NCBI GenBank assembly: GCA_045540195.1
Contig: JAZQGS010000001.1
Span: 28,324-92,323, forward strand
From: Acutalibacteraceae bacterium
GTDB taxonomy: Bacteria; Bacillota; Clostridia; Oscillospirales; Acutalibacteraceae
Direction of reading: 5' to 3'
DNA length: 64,000 nucleotides
Part shown: positions 36,268-46,539 of the stretch, piece by piece
How positions within the stretch are numbered: the stretch's first letter is position 1
Layout: each line of letters opens with the position of its first letter
Notes under the pieces: generated by a model
Database searches by the model: none
What the model saw: the letters and a program-made list of their open reading frames with translations, nothing else
What the model was told of the DNA's origin: nothing
Translations under genes and position numbers: made by a program

Positions 36268-37563
36268 ATGAGCGAGGTTCTTGTTATCGGCGGCGGCCTT
36301 GCAGGCGTTGAGGCTGCGTGGGCGCTCGCAAACAATGGAATAGCGGTTACAATCGCAGAGATGAAGCCCGAAAAGCGTTCACCTGCACACAAGAGTGATT
36401 TGCTTGCCGAGCTTGTCTGCTCAAATTCACTCAAGGCACAGAGGCTTGCCTCGGCGGCAGGACTTCTGAAGGCAGAGATGGAAATTCTCGGCTCTGTCTG
36501 TGTCGAATGTGCAAAAAAATGCAGTGTTCCTGCAGGCGGTGCGCTCGCAGTTGACAGAGATAAATTTTCCGCCATGGTTACGGAAAAAATCAAATCGCAT
36601 CCGCTCATCACGGTTGAAAGCAGAGAGGTTACTGAGATTCCCGACGGCAATGTCATTGTTGCGGCGGGTCCCCTTGCCTCGGATGCCCTGGCTGAGGATA
36701 TAAGACAGCTTTGCGGCGGCTCACTCAGCTTTTTCGATGCGGCGGCACCGATTGTTACAGACGAGAGTATCGACAAATCCTGCGCTTTTTCACAATCAAG
36801 ATATGACCGCGGCGGTGAGGATGATTACCTCAACTGTCCTATGAATAAGGAAGAATACGAGCTGTTTTATAACGAGCTTGTCAATGCTGAATCGGCTGAG
36901 CTTCATTCCTTCGACAAGCGCAAGGGTGTATATGAGGGCTGTATGCCGATTGAGGTTATGGCATCGCGCGGAGCCGATACAATGCGCTTCGGACCGCTCA
37001 AGCCCGTCGGACTGCGCGACCCGAGAACGGGACACAGACCGTGGGCGGTGCTTCAGTTAAGACGCGAGGATGCAAGCGGAAGCCTTTACAACCTTGTCGG
37101 CTTCCAGACAAATCTCAAATTCAGCGAGCAGAAAAGAGTATTTTCACTCATCCCTGCGCTGAAAAATGCAGACTTTGTCCGCTACGGTGTAATGCACCGT
37201 AACACCTTTATCGATTCACCGCGCCACCTGAACAGCGACTTCTCGTTCAGAGGCAGAGACGGACTCTACTTTGCGGGACAGATTACGGGCGTTGAGGGCT
37301 ATATGGAGTCTGCGGCGGCAGGTATTCTTGCGGGTCTTAATATGGCAAGACGCCTCAAGGGCGAAGAACCGCTTGTTTTGCCCGACTATACAATGCTCGG
37401 CGCGCTTTCAGGCTATATCAGCAACGAATCGGTTACGAATTTTCAGCCGATGGGCGCAAATTTCGGAATTCTTCCGCCTCTTGATGAGGTTATAAGAGAT
37501 AAAAAACTCCGTTACGAAGCTCTTTCACAAAGGAGCCTCGAATACTTCAAAAATAACTTTTGA
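36268..37563 (+). CDS. trmFO: methylenetetrahydrofolate--tRNA-(uracil54-C5)-methyltransferase TrmFO (Gid)
   Basis: FAD motif VIGGGLAGVEAAW, then LVCSNSL and GQITGVEGYMESAA. The ATG at 36268 lies just after the topA stop. Confidence 0.93.
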   Translation: MSEVLVIGGGLAGVEAAWALANNGIAVTIAEMKPEKRSPAHKSDLLAELVCSNSLKAQRLASAAGLLKAEMEILGSVCVECAKKCSVPAGGALAVDRDKFSAMVTEKIKSHPLITVESREVTEIPDGNVIVAAGPLASDALAEDIRQLCGGSLSFFDAAAPIVTDESIDKSCAFSQSRYDRGGEDDYLNCPMNKEEYELFYNELVNAESAELHSFDKRKGVYEGCMPIEVMASRGADTMRFGPLKPVGLRDPRTGHRPWAVLQLRREDASGSLYNLVGFQTNLKFSEQKRVFSLIPALKNADFVRYGVMHRNTFIDSPRHLNSDFSFRGRDGLYFAGQITGVEGYMESAAAGILAGLNMARRLKGEEPLVLPDYTMLGALSGYISNESVTNFQPMGANFGILPPLDEVIRDKKLRYEALSQRSLEYFKNNF

Positions 37564-37589
37564 CTCTCACGAGGAAAGGTTTGGTGAGA

Positions 37590-38270
37590 ATGAAAAAAAT
37601 AATTGAGGAACTGCAAAAAAAGCTCGGTTACACCTTCAAGGACGAAAAGCTGCTTATCCGTGCGCTTTCGCATTCATCCTATGTCAACGAGAATCATCCC
37701 GTGGGCGAATCAAACGAAAGGCTCGAGTTTCTCGGCGACTCGGTCCTCGGTCTTGTAACCGCAGAAAACTTTTATACAAACTACACAAAGCTTCCCGAGG
37801 GTGAGCTGACAAAGCTTCGCGCCGCTATGGTATGCGAAAAGTCACTTGCAGGCTTTGCAAAGCAGCTTGATCTCGGTAAGTATCTCTTGCTCGGCAAGGG
37901 TGAAAATCTGACGGGCGGCAGAGAAAGACCGTCAATTCAGGCGGATGCATTCGAGGCAATTATTGCGGCAATTTACCTCGACGGCGGAATAGAGGAGGCA
38001 CGGAAATTCGTGCTCAGCTATATTGATGAGGCTATCCGCCGGCATCAGTCCTTCAAGGATTACAAGACAATGCTTCAGGAGGTTGTTCAGCGCAACCCGG
38101 GTGAGCTTGTTGAATATGTACTCGTCGGTGAGACGGGACCTGACCACGACAAGCGGTTTGCGGTCGAGGTTCACCTTAATTCAAATGTTATCGGCAAGGG
38201 CATCGGCAGAAGTAAAAAGCGTGCCGAGCAGGAGGCTGCAAGGGAAGCCTTGGAGCTTATGGGACTGTGA
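37590..38270 (+). CDS. rnc: ribonuclease III
   Basis: Signature NERLEFLGDSVL plus a C-terminal dsRBD ending KKRAEQEAAREAL. Confidence 0.93.
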   Translation: MKKIIEELQKKLGYTFKDEKLLIRALSHSSYVNENHPVGESNERLEFLGDSVLGLVTAENFYTNYTKLPEGELTKLRAAMVCEKSLAGFAKQLDLGKYLLLGKGENLTGGRERPSIQADAFEAIIAAIYLDGGIEEARKFVLSYIDEAIRRHQSFKDYKTMLQEVVQRNPGELVEYVLVGETGPDHDKRFAVEVHLNSNVIGKGIGRSKKRAEQEAAREALELMGL

Positions 38271-39274
38271 GGCATATAAATGTTGCCCTGTTTGTTCCGC
38301 ACGAGGGATGCCCTAATCAGTGCTCCTTCTGTAATCAGCGTGCAATCTCGGGCAAGAGAACTCAGGTAACACCCGACGATGTTGAAAAAGCCGCGCGGAC
38401 GGCACTTCTCAACCCCGACAGCAGGGGCGGAGAGCTTGCTTTTTTCGGCGGAAGCTTTACGGCAATCGAGAGAGAAACAATGCTTTCACTTCTCAGCGCC
38501 GCACATCGTTTTATTGAAGATAAAAGCTTCAGGGGAATCCGCGTTTCCACTCGTCCCGATGCGATTGATGAGGAAATCTGCGACATTTTAAAAAGCTACG
38601 GCGTTACTGCCGTCGAGCTCGGAGCGCAGAGCCTTGACGACAATGTTCTCAGGCTTAACCGCAGGGGACATACGGCTCAGGATGTTGTAAGGGCAACGCA
38701 CCTTCTGAAAAAATCAGGCTTCGAAACAGGCTTACAGATGATGACGGGACTTTACGGCTCGACGGATTCCGACAGCATCGAAACGGCAAGACGGATTATA
38801 ACCCTTGAGCCCGACACGGTCAGAATTTATCCGACGGTTGTGCTCGAAAACACGCATCTTTGCGAGCTTTACAAAAGCGGAGAATACACTCCTCAGACGG
38901 TCGAGTCTGCCGCGGAGCTATGCGCAACGCTTCTTGAATTGTTCAACGAGGCAGGAATAAAGGTCATCCGTACGGGACTTCATTCGGGCGGAGATGTCGA
39001 GGGCGAATTTGTTGCGGGAGCGTATCATCCTGCGTTCAAGGAAATCTGCGAGAGTAAGATTTATCTGAGAAAAGCTCTTGAATTTATAAAAGCAAACGGT
39101 ATCCCTCAGGGGAAAATCGAAATCTGTGTCAATCCCAAGGCGGTTTCACCGATGACGGGACAGAAAAAAGCTAATATCCGACAGCTCAGAGAGCTCGGAT
39201 ACGAGGCGAAAATCACAGAGGATAAACAGGTAGAAAAGTACAAACTTTACATATTAAGGAATGAAACATTATGA
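38267..39274 (+). CDS. radical SAM protein (ELP3/HemN-like family commonly found between rnc and smc)
   Basis: CPNQCSFC cluster motif at residues 15-22. The start overlaps the rnc stop. Confidence 0.8.
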   Translation: MRHINVALFVPHEGCPNQCSFCNQRAISGKRTQVTPDDVEKAARTALLNPDSRGGELAFFGGSFTAIERETMLSLLSAAHRFIEDKSFRGIRVSTRPDAIDEEICDILKSYGVTAVELGAQSLDDNVLRLNRRGHTAQDVVRATHLLKKSGFETGLQMMTGLYGSTDSDSIETARRIITLEPDTVRIYPTVVLENTHLCELYKSGEYTPQTVESAAELCATLLELFNEAGIKVIRTGLHSGGDVEGEFVAGAYHPAFKEICESKIYLRKALEFIKANGIPQGKIEICVNPKAVSPMTGQKKANIRQLRELGYEAKITEDKQVEKYKLYILRNETL

Positions 39275-42200
39275 GATTAAAAGCACTCGAAATGCAGGGC
39301 TTCAAATCCTTCCCTGACAAGACAGTTTTTAATTTTAATCACGGAATGACGGCAGTTGTCGGTCCTAACGGCTCGGGTAAGAGTAACATCGCCGATGCCG
39401 TGCGCTGGGTACTCGGTGAACAGTCAACAAAGAATCTCCGAGGCTCAAAGATGGAGGATGTTATCTTCGGCGGAACAAAAATCCGTAAGGCTCTCGGCTT
39501 TGCCGAGGTTACGCTCAAGCTTGACAACTCCGACCGCACGCTCAACAACTGCGACAAGGACGAGGTTTCGGTTACACGCCGCTACTACCGTTCGGGTGAG
39601 AGTGATTATATGCTCAACGGTGCGGTTGTCCGTCTTCGTGACATTCACGAGCTGTTTATGGATACAGGTCTCGGTCGTGACGGCTATTCACTCGTCAGCC
39701 AGGGCAGAATTGCCGACCTTATTTCTTCAAAATCAGGTCAGCGCCGCGAAATGCTCGAGGAGGCGGCGGGAATTTCTCATTTCCGTTACCGCCGTAACGA
39801 TGCTAACAGAAAGCTTGCACAGGCGGAAGAAAATCTTGTCCGTCTTCGTGATATTCTTTCGGAGCTCGAAAGCCGTGTCGGTCCCCTGAAGATTCAGAGC
39901 GAAAAGGCACAGAAATTCCTTGTGCTTGCCGCCGAGAAGAAGGAGCTTGAAATCGGTCTCTGGCTCAACACGATTGAGACCTCAAAGACAAAGCTCCGCG
40001 AGCAGGAGGACAAGCTCTCTATCGCACAGGCTCAGTATGACGGCATCGAGGCTGCACTCAATGTAATTGAGCAGGAGACAGAGGAAATCTTCACAAAAAG
40101 TCAGGAAATTACCGTTCGCATCGACAATCTCCGTCAGAATGCAACCTCCTATGAGGAGCAGGCTGTGCATATCGACGGTGAAATTTCTGTTGAGAAAAAT
40201 ACAATTCTTCACAATAATCAGACAATCGAGCGTATCCGCCGCGATATGAACGATGCCGCTGACAGTGAAAAGGGACTCAGCGACGAGATTGCCGAGGCGA
40301 AAAAAGAAATCGACGATCTGCTCGGTGAAATCGCGTCAAAGAAGCGCGAGCTTGACCTTGCCGCAACAGACATTGCTCAGGCAAAGACAGAAAACAGTGA
40401 GTTTTCCGATAAGATTGCCGACCTTTCACAGATGATTACCGCAATCACAACTCAGATTGCAGACAAACGAATAGAAGAGACCACCGCCAATTCTTCAATC
40501 GAAGAGATTATGGGCAGAGTCAGCAACATCGAGGGTGTGCTTTCAACACGAAACGGCTATATCACAGAGCTTGAGGGCAAGCGTGACGAGTGTCAGGCTG
40601 AGCTTGATAAGCTGACTGACGAGGCAACTCAGATTATGAATGCGGTTTCGGGCTACAGCCTCAGAATGCAGACTCGTGAGGAAAAAGCAGAAAAGCTCAA
40701 GGGTGAGATTGATGCCCGCAACCTCGACATTTTACAGAAAAAAGATAAAATCCGTATCCTTGACGATATGGAAAAGAATATGGAAGGCTACTCAGGTGCG
40801 GTCAAGGCGATTGTCCGCGAGGCAAAGGGCGGTCTTCTGCGCGGTATCCACGGACCGCTTTCTCAGCTTATCAGCGTAAATGACAGATATGCCGTTGCGG
40901 TTGAAACTGCGCTCGGTGCGGCAATTCAGAACATCGTTACCGATAACGAAAACGATGCTAAGCGCGCCATTAACTTCCTTAAAGAGAAAAAGGGCGGCCG
41001 CGCAACCTTTCTTCCGCTTACATCTGTCAAGTCAAAGCCCTTCACCGAAAAGGGACTTGATGAGAGCTACGGCTTTATCGATATGGCCGACAGGCTTCTC
41101 GACTTCGAGCCGCAGTATGCAGAAATTATAAAATCACTTCTCGGAAGAACAGCTGTTGCCGAGGACCTTGACAGTGCAATCGTTATTGCGAAAAAATATG
41201 ATTACCGCTTTAAAATCGTTACTCTTGACGGACAGGTTGTCAACGCGGGCGGTTCTATGACGGGCGGCTCACGCGGACACAATGCAGGTATCCTCAGCCG
41301 AGGCAACGAGATGGACAAGCTCAAGGAGCAGGTCACACAGTTTACCGCTCAGCAGCAGGTAAGTCAGGAGGAATACAAGAAGCTCAGTGAGGAGCTCAAT
41401 CTTGTCAGAGCCGACCTTGACGCTTCGCAGGCTGACCTCAAGCGCACTCAGGAGGATGTTATCCGTAAGGAAAGTGAGCTTTCACTTATCGAGGGTAAGC
41501 TCGACACCGCGAATGCGGCTCTCGAGGAGCTGCGCCGTGAGAAGCACAACGCTTCACTTCGTATCACCGACCTTGAGGAGCTCAAGGCAAAGGCTCAGTC
41601 TGAGATTGACGGACTTAACAAGGAGATGGGCGTTCTTCAGGCTGACCTTGATGTCGTAACTCACGGTAGAGAGCAGCTCGAGGAAAAGAGAGAAAATCTC
41701 GCACAGCTTGAGGCGAAAATCAATCTTGAAATTCTTGCCTTTGAAAAGGATATTCAGGCACGCCGCGAGGCAGTCGACCTGCTTCACCGCCGTATGGCAA
41801 GCCACGAGGGCAAGCTTGATGACCTTAACGATGAGATTGCGGTTATTGAAAACGCAAACAAAGAAATTGAAAACAGAATTACAGAGCTTGAAAAGAAGGC
41901 GGCAGAGCTTCGTTCAATGGGCGCACAGTCCAAGGGTGATGTTGAGGCACTCATAAAGGAGCGCACAGAATGTGATGCAAAGAGCGCACAGCTTCGTTCT
42001 GAGGAGCGTGCAAGAATGGACGAGCGCGAAAAAATCAGCGGCGAGCTTGCACGACTTGAGGAGCGCAAGGATACAATGAACAAGCAGCTCGAGGATGCAA
42101 TCAACAAGCTCTTTGACGAATATCAGCTCACAAAGACAGAGGCGGAGGCAATGAACATCGTCATCGACGATTATCAGAAGGCACACCGTACCTTACAGGA

Positions 42201-42843
42201 GGTCAAGGGAAAAATCCGCGCACTCGGCAGTGTCAATGTCGGTGCTATCGAGGAGTATGCCGAGGTTTCCGAGCGATATGCGTTTATGAAGGAACAGCTT
42301 GACGATATCGAGCGCTCACGCGAGGAGCTGACCCGTCTTATCGGTGACCTTACGGGCAAGATGGCGGAGCAGTTCAAGGAACAGTTTGTACGCATCAATT
42401 CATATTTCGGAGAGACCTTTGTCGAGCTTTTCGGCGGCGGCAAGGCAGAGCTTATGCTTGAAAATCCGAACGATGTTCTCGAATGTAATATCGAAATCAA
42501 GGTTCAGCCCCCGGGCAAGAATGTCCAGAATATCGACCTTCTTTCGGGCGGTGAAAAGGGACTTGCGGCTATCGCGCTTCTATTCTCGATCCTTAAGGTT
42601 TCACCGTCACCGTTCTGTATCTTCGACGAGGTTGAGGCGGCTCTTGACGATGTCAATGTTACCCGCTATGCACAATATGTGCGTCGTATGACACAGAATA
42701 CACAGTTCATTCTCATCACACACCGCCGCGGAACCATGGAAGAGGCGGATGTGCTTTACGGTATCACGATGCAGGAGGAAGGCGTTTCAAAAATGCTCGA
42801 GCTCCAGACTGCAGAAATGGCTAAAAAACTCGGTATCACCTAA
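39271..42843 (+). CDS. smc: chromosome segregation protein SMC
   Basis: Walker A GPNGSGKSN, long coiled coils, a hinge, the signature LSGGEK, and Walker B FCIFDEVEAALD. Confidence 0.95.
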   Translation: MRLKALEMQGFKSFPDKTVFNFNHGMTAVVGPNGSGKSNIADAVRWVLGEQSTKNLRGSKMEDVIFGGTKIRKALGFAEVTLKLDNSDRTLNNCDKDEVSVTRRYYRSGESDYMLNGAVVRLRDIHELFMDTGLGRDGYSLVSQGRIADLISSKSGQRREMLEEAAGISHFRYRRNDANRKLAQAEENLVRLRDILSELESRVGPLKIQSEKAQKFLVLAAEKKELEIGLWLNTIETSKTKLREQEDKLSIAQAQYDGIEAALNVIEQETEEIFTKSQEITVRIDNLRQNATSYEEQAVHIDGEISVEKNTILHNNQTIERIRRDMNDAADSEKGLSDEIAEAKKEIDDLLGEIASKKRELDLAATDIAQAKTENSEFSDKIADLSQMITAITTQIADKRIEETTANSSIEEIMGRVSNIEGVLSTRNGYITELEGKRDECQAELDKLTDEATQIMNAVSGYSLRMQTREEKAEKLKGEIDARNLDILQKKDKIRILDDMEKNMEGYSGAVKAIVREAKGGLLRGIHGPLSQLISVNDRYAVAVETALGAAIQNIVTDNENDAKRAINFLKEKKGGRATFLPLTSVKSKPFTEKGLDESYGFIDMADRLLDFEPQYAEIIKSLLGRTAVAEDLDSAIVIAKKYDYRFKIVTLDGQVVNAGGSMTGGSRGHNAGILSRGNEMDKLKEQVTQFTAQQQVSQEEYKKLSEELNLVRADLDASQADLKRTQEDVIRKESELSLIEGKLDTANAALEELRREKHNASLRITDLEELKAKAQSEIDGLNKEMGVLQADLDVVTHGREQLEEKRENLAQLEAKINLEILAFEKDIQARREAVDLLHRRMASHEGKLDDLNDEIAVIENANKEIENRITELEKKAAELRSMGAQSKGDVEALIKERTECDAKSAQLRSEERARMDEREKISGELARLEERKDTMNKQLEDAINKLFDEYQLTKTEAEAMNIVIDDYQKAHRTLQEVKGKIRALGSVNVGAIEEYAEVSERYAFMKEQLDDIERSREELTRLIGDLTGKMAEQFKEQFVRINSYFGETFVELFGGGKAELMLENPNDVLECNIEIKVQPPGKNVQNIDLLSGGEKGLAAIALLFSILKVSPSPFCIFDEVEAALDDVNVTRYAQYVRRMTQNTQFILITHRRGTMEEADVLYGITMQEEGVSKMLELQTAEMAKKLGIT

Positions 42844-42855
42844 GGAGTGATTCTT

Positions 42856-44685
42856 TTGCTTAAACCGTTGACTTTCAGACAGTATACAACAAATGAATTA
42901 AAGCCGACGGGCTGGCTCAGACGCCAGCTCGAGCTTCAGGCAAACGGACTTTCGGGCAATCTCGATAAAATCTGGCCGAGCGTCAGGGACAGCAGCTGGA
43001 TCGGCGGCAAGGACGACGGCTGGGAGAGAGTTCCCTATTGGCTTGACGGATTTATTCCGCTTGCCTATCAGCTTGACGACAAGGATATGATTGAGCGCGC
43101 CGAAAGGTATGTCAATGCAATCATCGACGGTCAGAAGGAGGACGGCTGGATTGCCCCCTGTCCGGATGACAAGAGATACGAATATGATGTATGGGCGGTT
43201 TTTCTTATCTGCAAGGTGCTCGTTCTTTATGCCGACTGTGCGGACAAAAAAGAAAAAATTCAGCCCGTTGTATATGCCGCACTCAGAAATCTTGACCGTC
43301 ATATCGAGAGTGCAACTCTTTTTAACTGGGCGTCTGCAAGATGGTTTGAATGTCTTGTTCCGCTTATATGGCTCTATGAAAAACAGCCTGAGGAATGGAT
43401 GCTCGACCTTGTTCAGAAGCTTCAGATTCATGGTATTGATTACGAAAAGCTCTTTGCTGACTGGCGTTATGACAAAATGCGTGAGAAGTATCGCTGGAGC
43501 TTCCTTAACCATGTTGTTAATATGGGTATGATGATTAAGGCGTATGCGCTTCTTTCACTCTTTACGGGCGATGATCCGAACAGCTTTGCAAAAAAAGCAA
43601 CAGAGATTTTAATGCGCGACCACGGAATGCCCTGCGGTCATTTCACGGGTGACGAATGCCTGAGCGGCAGAAGCCCCGTGCAGGGCTCAGAATGTTGCTC
43701 GGTGACAGAAGCGATGTATTCTTATGAATGGCTGACCGCGGTTACGGGTGACGCTTGTTGGGCTGACAGACTTGAAAAAGCGGCGTTTAACGCCCTGCCT
43801 GCAACAATCAGCCCCGATATGTGGACTCATCAGTATGACCAGCTGACAAATCAGATTGAATGTTCACGCTTCTCCGACGGCAAACAGCCGTTCTGCACCA
43901 ATTCCGAAGAGTCGCATCTTTTCGGTCTCGAGCCGAATTTCGGCTGCTGTACGGCAAATTTCAATCAGGGCTGGCCTAAGCTCGCGATGAGCACCTTTAT
44001 GGCGGCTGAGGACGGAATTGCGGTTACCGCAATCGCACCGTCTGTTCTGAAAACAAAAAATATTACGGCTGAAATCATAACGGATTATCCCTTCAGAGAC
44101 GGATATTCGGTCAGAATCAAGGCTGAAAAGCCCTGTGAGCTTTGCGTTTATCTGCGTGTACCCGAGGGTGCGAAAAATGCAGAAATAGACGGCAGAAAAG
44201 CTCAGGAGGGCTATAACAAAATCACTCTTGAGATTGACACGGAGCGCACCGTGAATGTCAGCTTCACATTTGATGTTGAGCTTGAAAAATATGACAATGA
44301 GCTTTTCTGTGTCAGAAGAGGAAACCTCACTTTTGCGCTTCCGATAGGGGAGAGATGGGAAAAGCTTGAATACACAAGAGACGGTGTTGAGAGACGCTTC
44401 CCGTATTGTGATTATGAGATTTTTCCGACAACAGACTGGAATTACGCCTTTGATTCCGATGCCTTTGAGGTTTGCTTCGGTGAGGTCGGCGAAATGCCGT
44501 TTTCACCCGACGGAGCACCGATAAAGCTGAGAACTCAGTTTGTTCCGATTGAATGGAAAAAGCTTGACGGAAGATGTGCCGAGGTGCCCGAGTCAAGAGA
44601 GCCGACAGGCGAGGCGGTCGTGCTCGACATGATACCCTACGGCTGCACAAACCTCAGAATGACTCTTATGCCGTTGGCAGAATAA
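42856..44685 (+). CDS. GH127-like (DUF1680) beta-L-arabinofuranosidase family protein
   Basis: About 610 aa with the Cys-rich segments GSECCSVTEAMY and NFGCCTANFNQGWPK, reminiscent of the GH127 Cys/Zn site. TTG at 42856 lies 8 nt after GGAG; the track GTG at 42847 overlaps the RBS. Confidence 0.7.
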   Translation: MLKPLTFRQYTTNELKPTGWLRRQLELQANGLSGNLDKIWPSVRDSSWIGGKDDGWERVPYWLDGFIPLAYQLDDKDMIERAERYVNAIIDGQKEDGWIAPCPDDKRYEYDVWAVFLICKVLVLYADCADKKEKIQPVVYAALRNLDRHIESATLFNWASARWFECLVPLIWLYEKQPEEWMLDLVQKLQIHGIDYEKLFADWRYDKMREKYRWSFLNHVVNMGMMIKAYALLSLFTGDDPNSFAKKATEILMRDHGMPCGHFTGDECLSGRSPVQGSECCSVTEAMYSYEWLTAVTGDACWADRLEKAAFNALPATISPDMWTHQYDQLTNQIECSRFSDGKQPFCTNSEESHLFGLEPNFGCCTANFNQGWPKLAMSTFMAAEDGIAVTAIAPSVLKTKNITAEIITDYPFRDGYSVRIKAEKPCELCVYLRVPEGAKNAEIDGRKAQEGYNKITLEIDTERTVNVSFTFDVELEKYDNELFCVRRGNLTFALPIGERWEKLEYTRDGVERRFPYCDYEIFPTTDWNYAFDSDAFEVCFGEVGEMPFSPDGAPIKLRTQFVPIEWKKLDGRCAEVPESREPTGEAVVLDMIPYGCTNLRMTLMPLAE

Positions 44686-44694
44686 AGCAAATTG

Positions 44695-44737
44695 AAATCA
44701 CCTTTCACACAACAGGAGTGCTGAAAGGTGATTTTTG
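44695..44737 (+). terminator. intrinsic terminator
   Basis: 13-bp stem aaatcacctttca / tgaaaggtgattt plus T-tract. Confidence 0.8.
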
Positions 44738-44862
44738 TTGATTCAGGGGGATATTTTTATAGATTTTTTCTCAATAAACTCTTGATACTTGTGGCATTTT
44801 CTGCGATAATATAAAATGTATATTTATATGTAGGTTTATCCTACCGCTAAGGAGTCTTTACT

Positions 44863-46524
44863 ATGACAGATTACGAAAAGCTCGCGGAGTTACTCTATCC
44901 CGAGATTACAAAAACTCCCGAGGATTATGAAAAAATATATCCCGAAAGAGGCTTGTCCGAGGGCGCGAGAGTTTCCCGTTTTGCCCCCAGTCCGACAGGC
45001 TTTCTCCACCTCGGCGGACTCTTCGCCGCTATGATTGCGCGCCTTAATACAAGAACAACCGATGACGGTGTTTTCTTCCTTCGTATTGAGGATACAGACA
45101 AAAAGCGTGAGATTGAGGACGGCGTTTCCGCTATCATCACAGGTCTTACCGATTTCGGTATGCAGCCTGACGAGGGCGTTATGGGCTTCAATGAGGAAAG
45201 CGGCAATTACGGCCCTTATCAGCAGAGCCACAGAAAAGAGATTTATCAGACTATCGCAAAATCTCTTGTCAAGCAGGGCCTTGCTTATCCGTGCTTCTGC
45301 TCCGAGGATGAGCTGACAGCTCTTCGTGCCGAGCAGGAAAAGGCAGGAACACTCATTCAGGGCTATTTCGGCGAATGGGCAAAATGCCGTGAGCTGACCT
45401 TTGAACAGCAGAAGGCTAACATTGAGGCAGGTATGCCCTTTACACTCCGCCTTCGTTCACCCGGCAACCCCGACAACAGAATCAAGTTTGAAGACCTCAT
45501 CAAGGGCAAAATTGAAATGCCCGAAAATATTCAGGATGTCGTTCTTCTTAAAACAGACGGTATTCCTACATACCATTTCGCACACGCGGTTGACGACCAC
45601 TTTATGAGAACAACTCACGTTGTGCGCGGTGACGAGTGGATTTCTTCCGTTCCGCTTCACATTCAGCTTTTCAAGGCATGCGGATACAGAGTTCCCAAGT
45701 TTGCTCACATTTCTCCGATTATGAAGGAGGATAACGGCGGCAAGCGCAAGCTTTCAAAGAGAAAGGACCCTGAGGCATCGGTTTCATTCTATACCGAGAG
45801 CGGCTACCCGAAGGAGAGCGTTATCGAATATCTTCTGACAATCGCAAACTCAAACTTTGAGGATTGGCGAAAGACAAACAAGGATGCTCCGCAGTCAGCC
45901 TTCCCGTTCAACCTTAAAAAGATGAGCGGCAGCGGTGCGCTGTTTGATCTTGTCAAGCTCAACGATGTCAGCAAGAATGTTATTTCTCTTATGACAGCCG
46001 ACGAGGTTTATGAAAAGTCGCTCAAGTGGGCTGAGGCTTATGATGAGGAGCTTTATAGTCTTATGTCCGCTGACGAGGAGTTTGCAAAGGGCATTCTCTC
46101 AATCGACAGAGGTACTCAGAAGCCCCGTAAGGATATTGCAAAGTGGGACGAAATCAAGGATTATATTTCTTATTTCTACAATTCAATTTACACTCCCGAC
46201 CACACTCTTCCCGAAAATATTTCAAAGGAGGATGCGGCGGCAATCCTTGAGGCATATCTGAAGGTGTTTGACGCAAACGACGATAAGGACACCTGGTTCA
46301 ATAAAATCAAGGAGCTTTGCGAGCCTCTCGGCTTCACTCCGAATGTAAAAGAATACAAGAAAAACCCCGAGGCATTCAAGGGACATGTCGGCGATGTGTC
46401 AACGGTTATCCGTATTGCAATAACATCACGCCGCAACACACCTGACCTTCATTCAATCATTGCTCTTCTCGGCAACGATGAGATAAAGGCAAGACTTGAA
46501 GGCACTCTGAAAGAATATAAATAA
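44863..46524 (+). CDS. gltX: glutamate--tRNA ligase
   Basis: Class I motifs PSPTGFLHLGG (HIGH-like) and KLSKRK (KMSKS-like). Confidence 0.9.
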   Translation: MTDYEKLAELLYPEITKTPEDYEKIYPERGLSEGARVSRFAPSPTGFLHLGGLFAAMIARLNTRTTDDGVFFLRIEDTDKKREIEDGVSAIITGLTDFGMQPDEGVMGFNEESGNYGPYQQSHRKEIYQTIAKSLVKQGLAYPCFCSEDELTALRAEQEKAGTLIQGYFGEWAKCRELTFEQQKANIEAGMPFTLRLRSPGNPDNRIKFEDLIKGKIEMPENIQDVVLLKTDGIPTYHFAHAVDDHFMRTTHVVRGDEWISSVPLHIQLFKACGYRVPKFAHISPIMKEDNGGKRKLSKRKDPEASVSFYTESGYPKESVIEYLLTIANSNFEDWRKTNKDAPQSAFPFNLKKMSGSGALFDLVKLNDVSKNVISLMTADEVYEKSLKWAEAYDEELYSLMSADEEFAKGILSIDRGTQKPRKDIAKWDEIKDYISYFYNSIYTPDHTLPENISKEDAAAILEAYLKVFDANDDKDTWFNKIKELCEPLGFTPNVKEYKKNPEAFKGHVGDVSTVIRIAITSRRNTPDLHSIIALLGNDEIKARLEGTLKEYK

Positions 46525-46539
46525 TCAGGAGGTAATAAA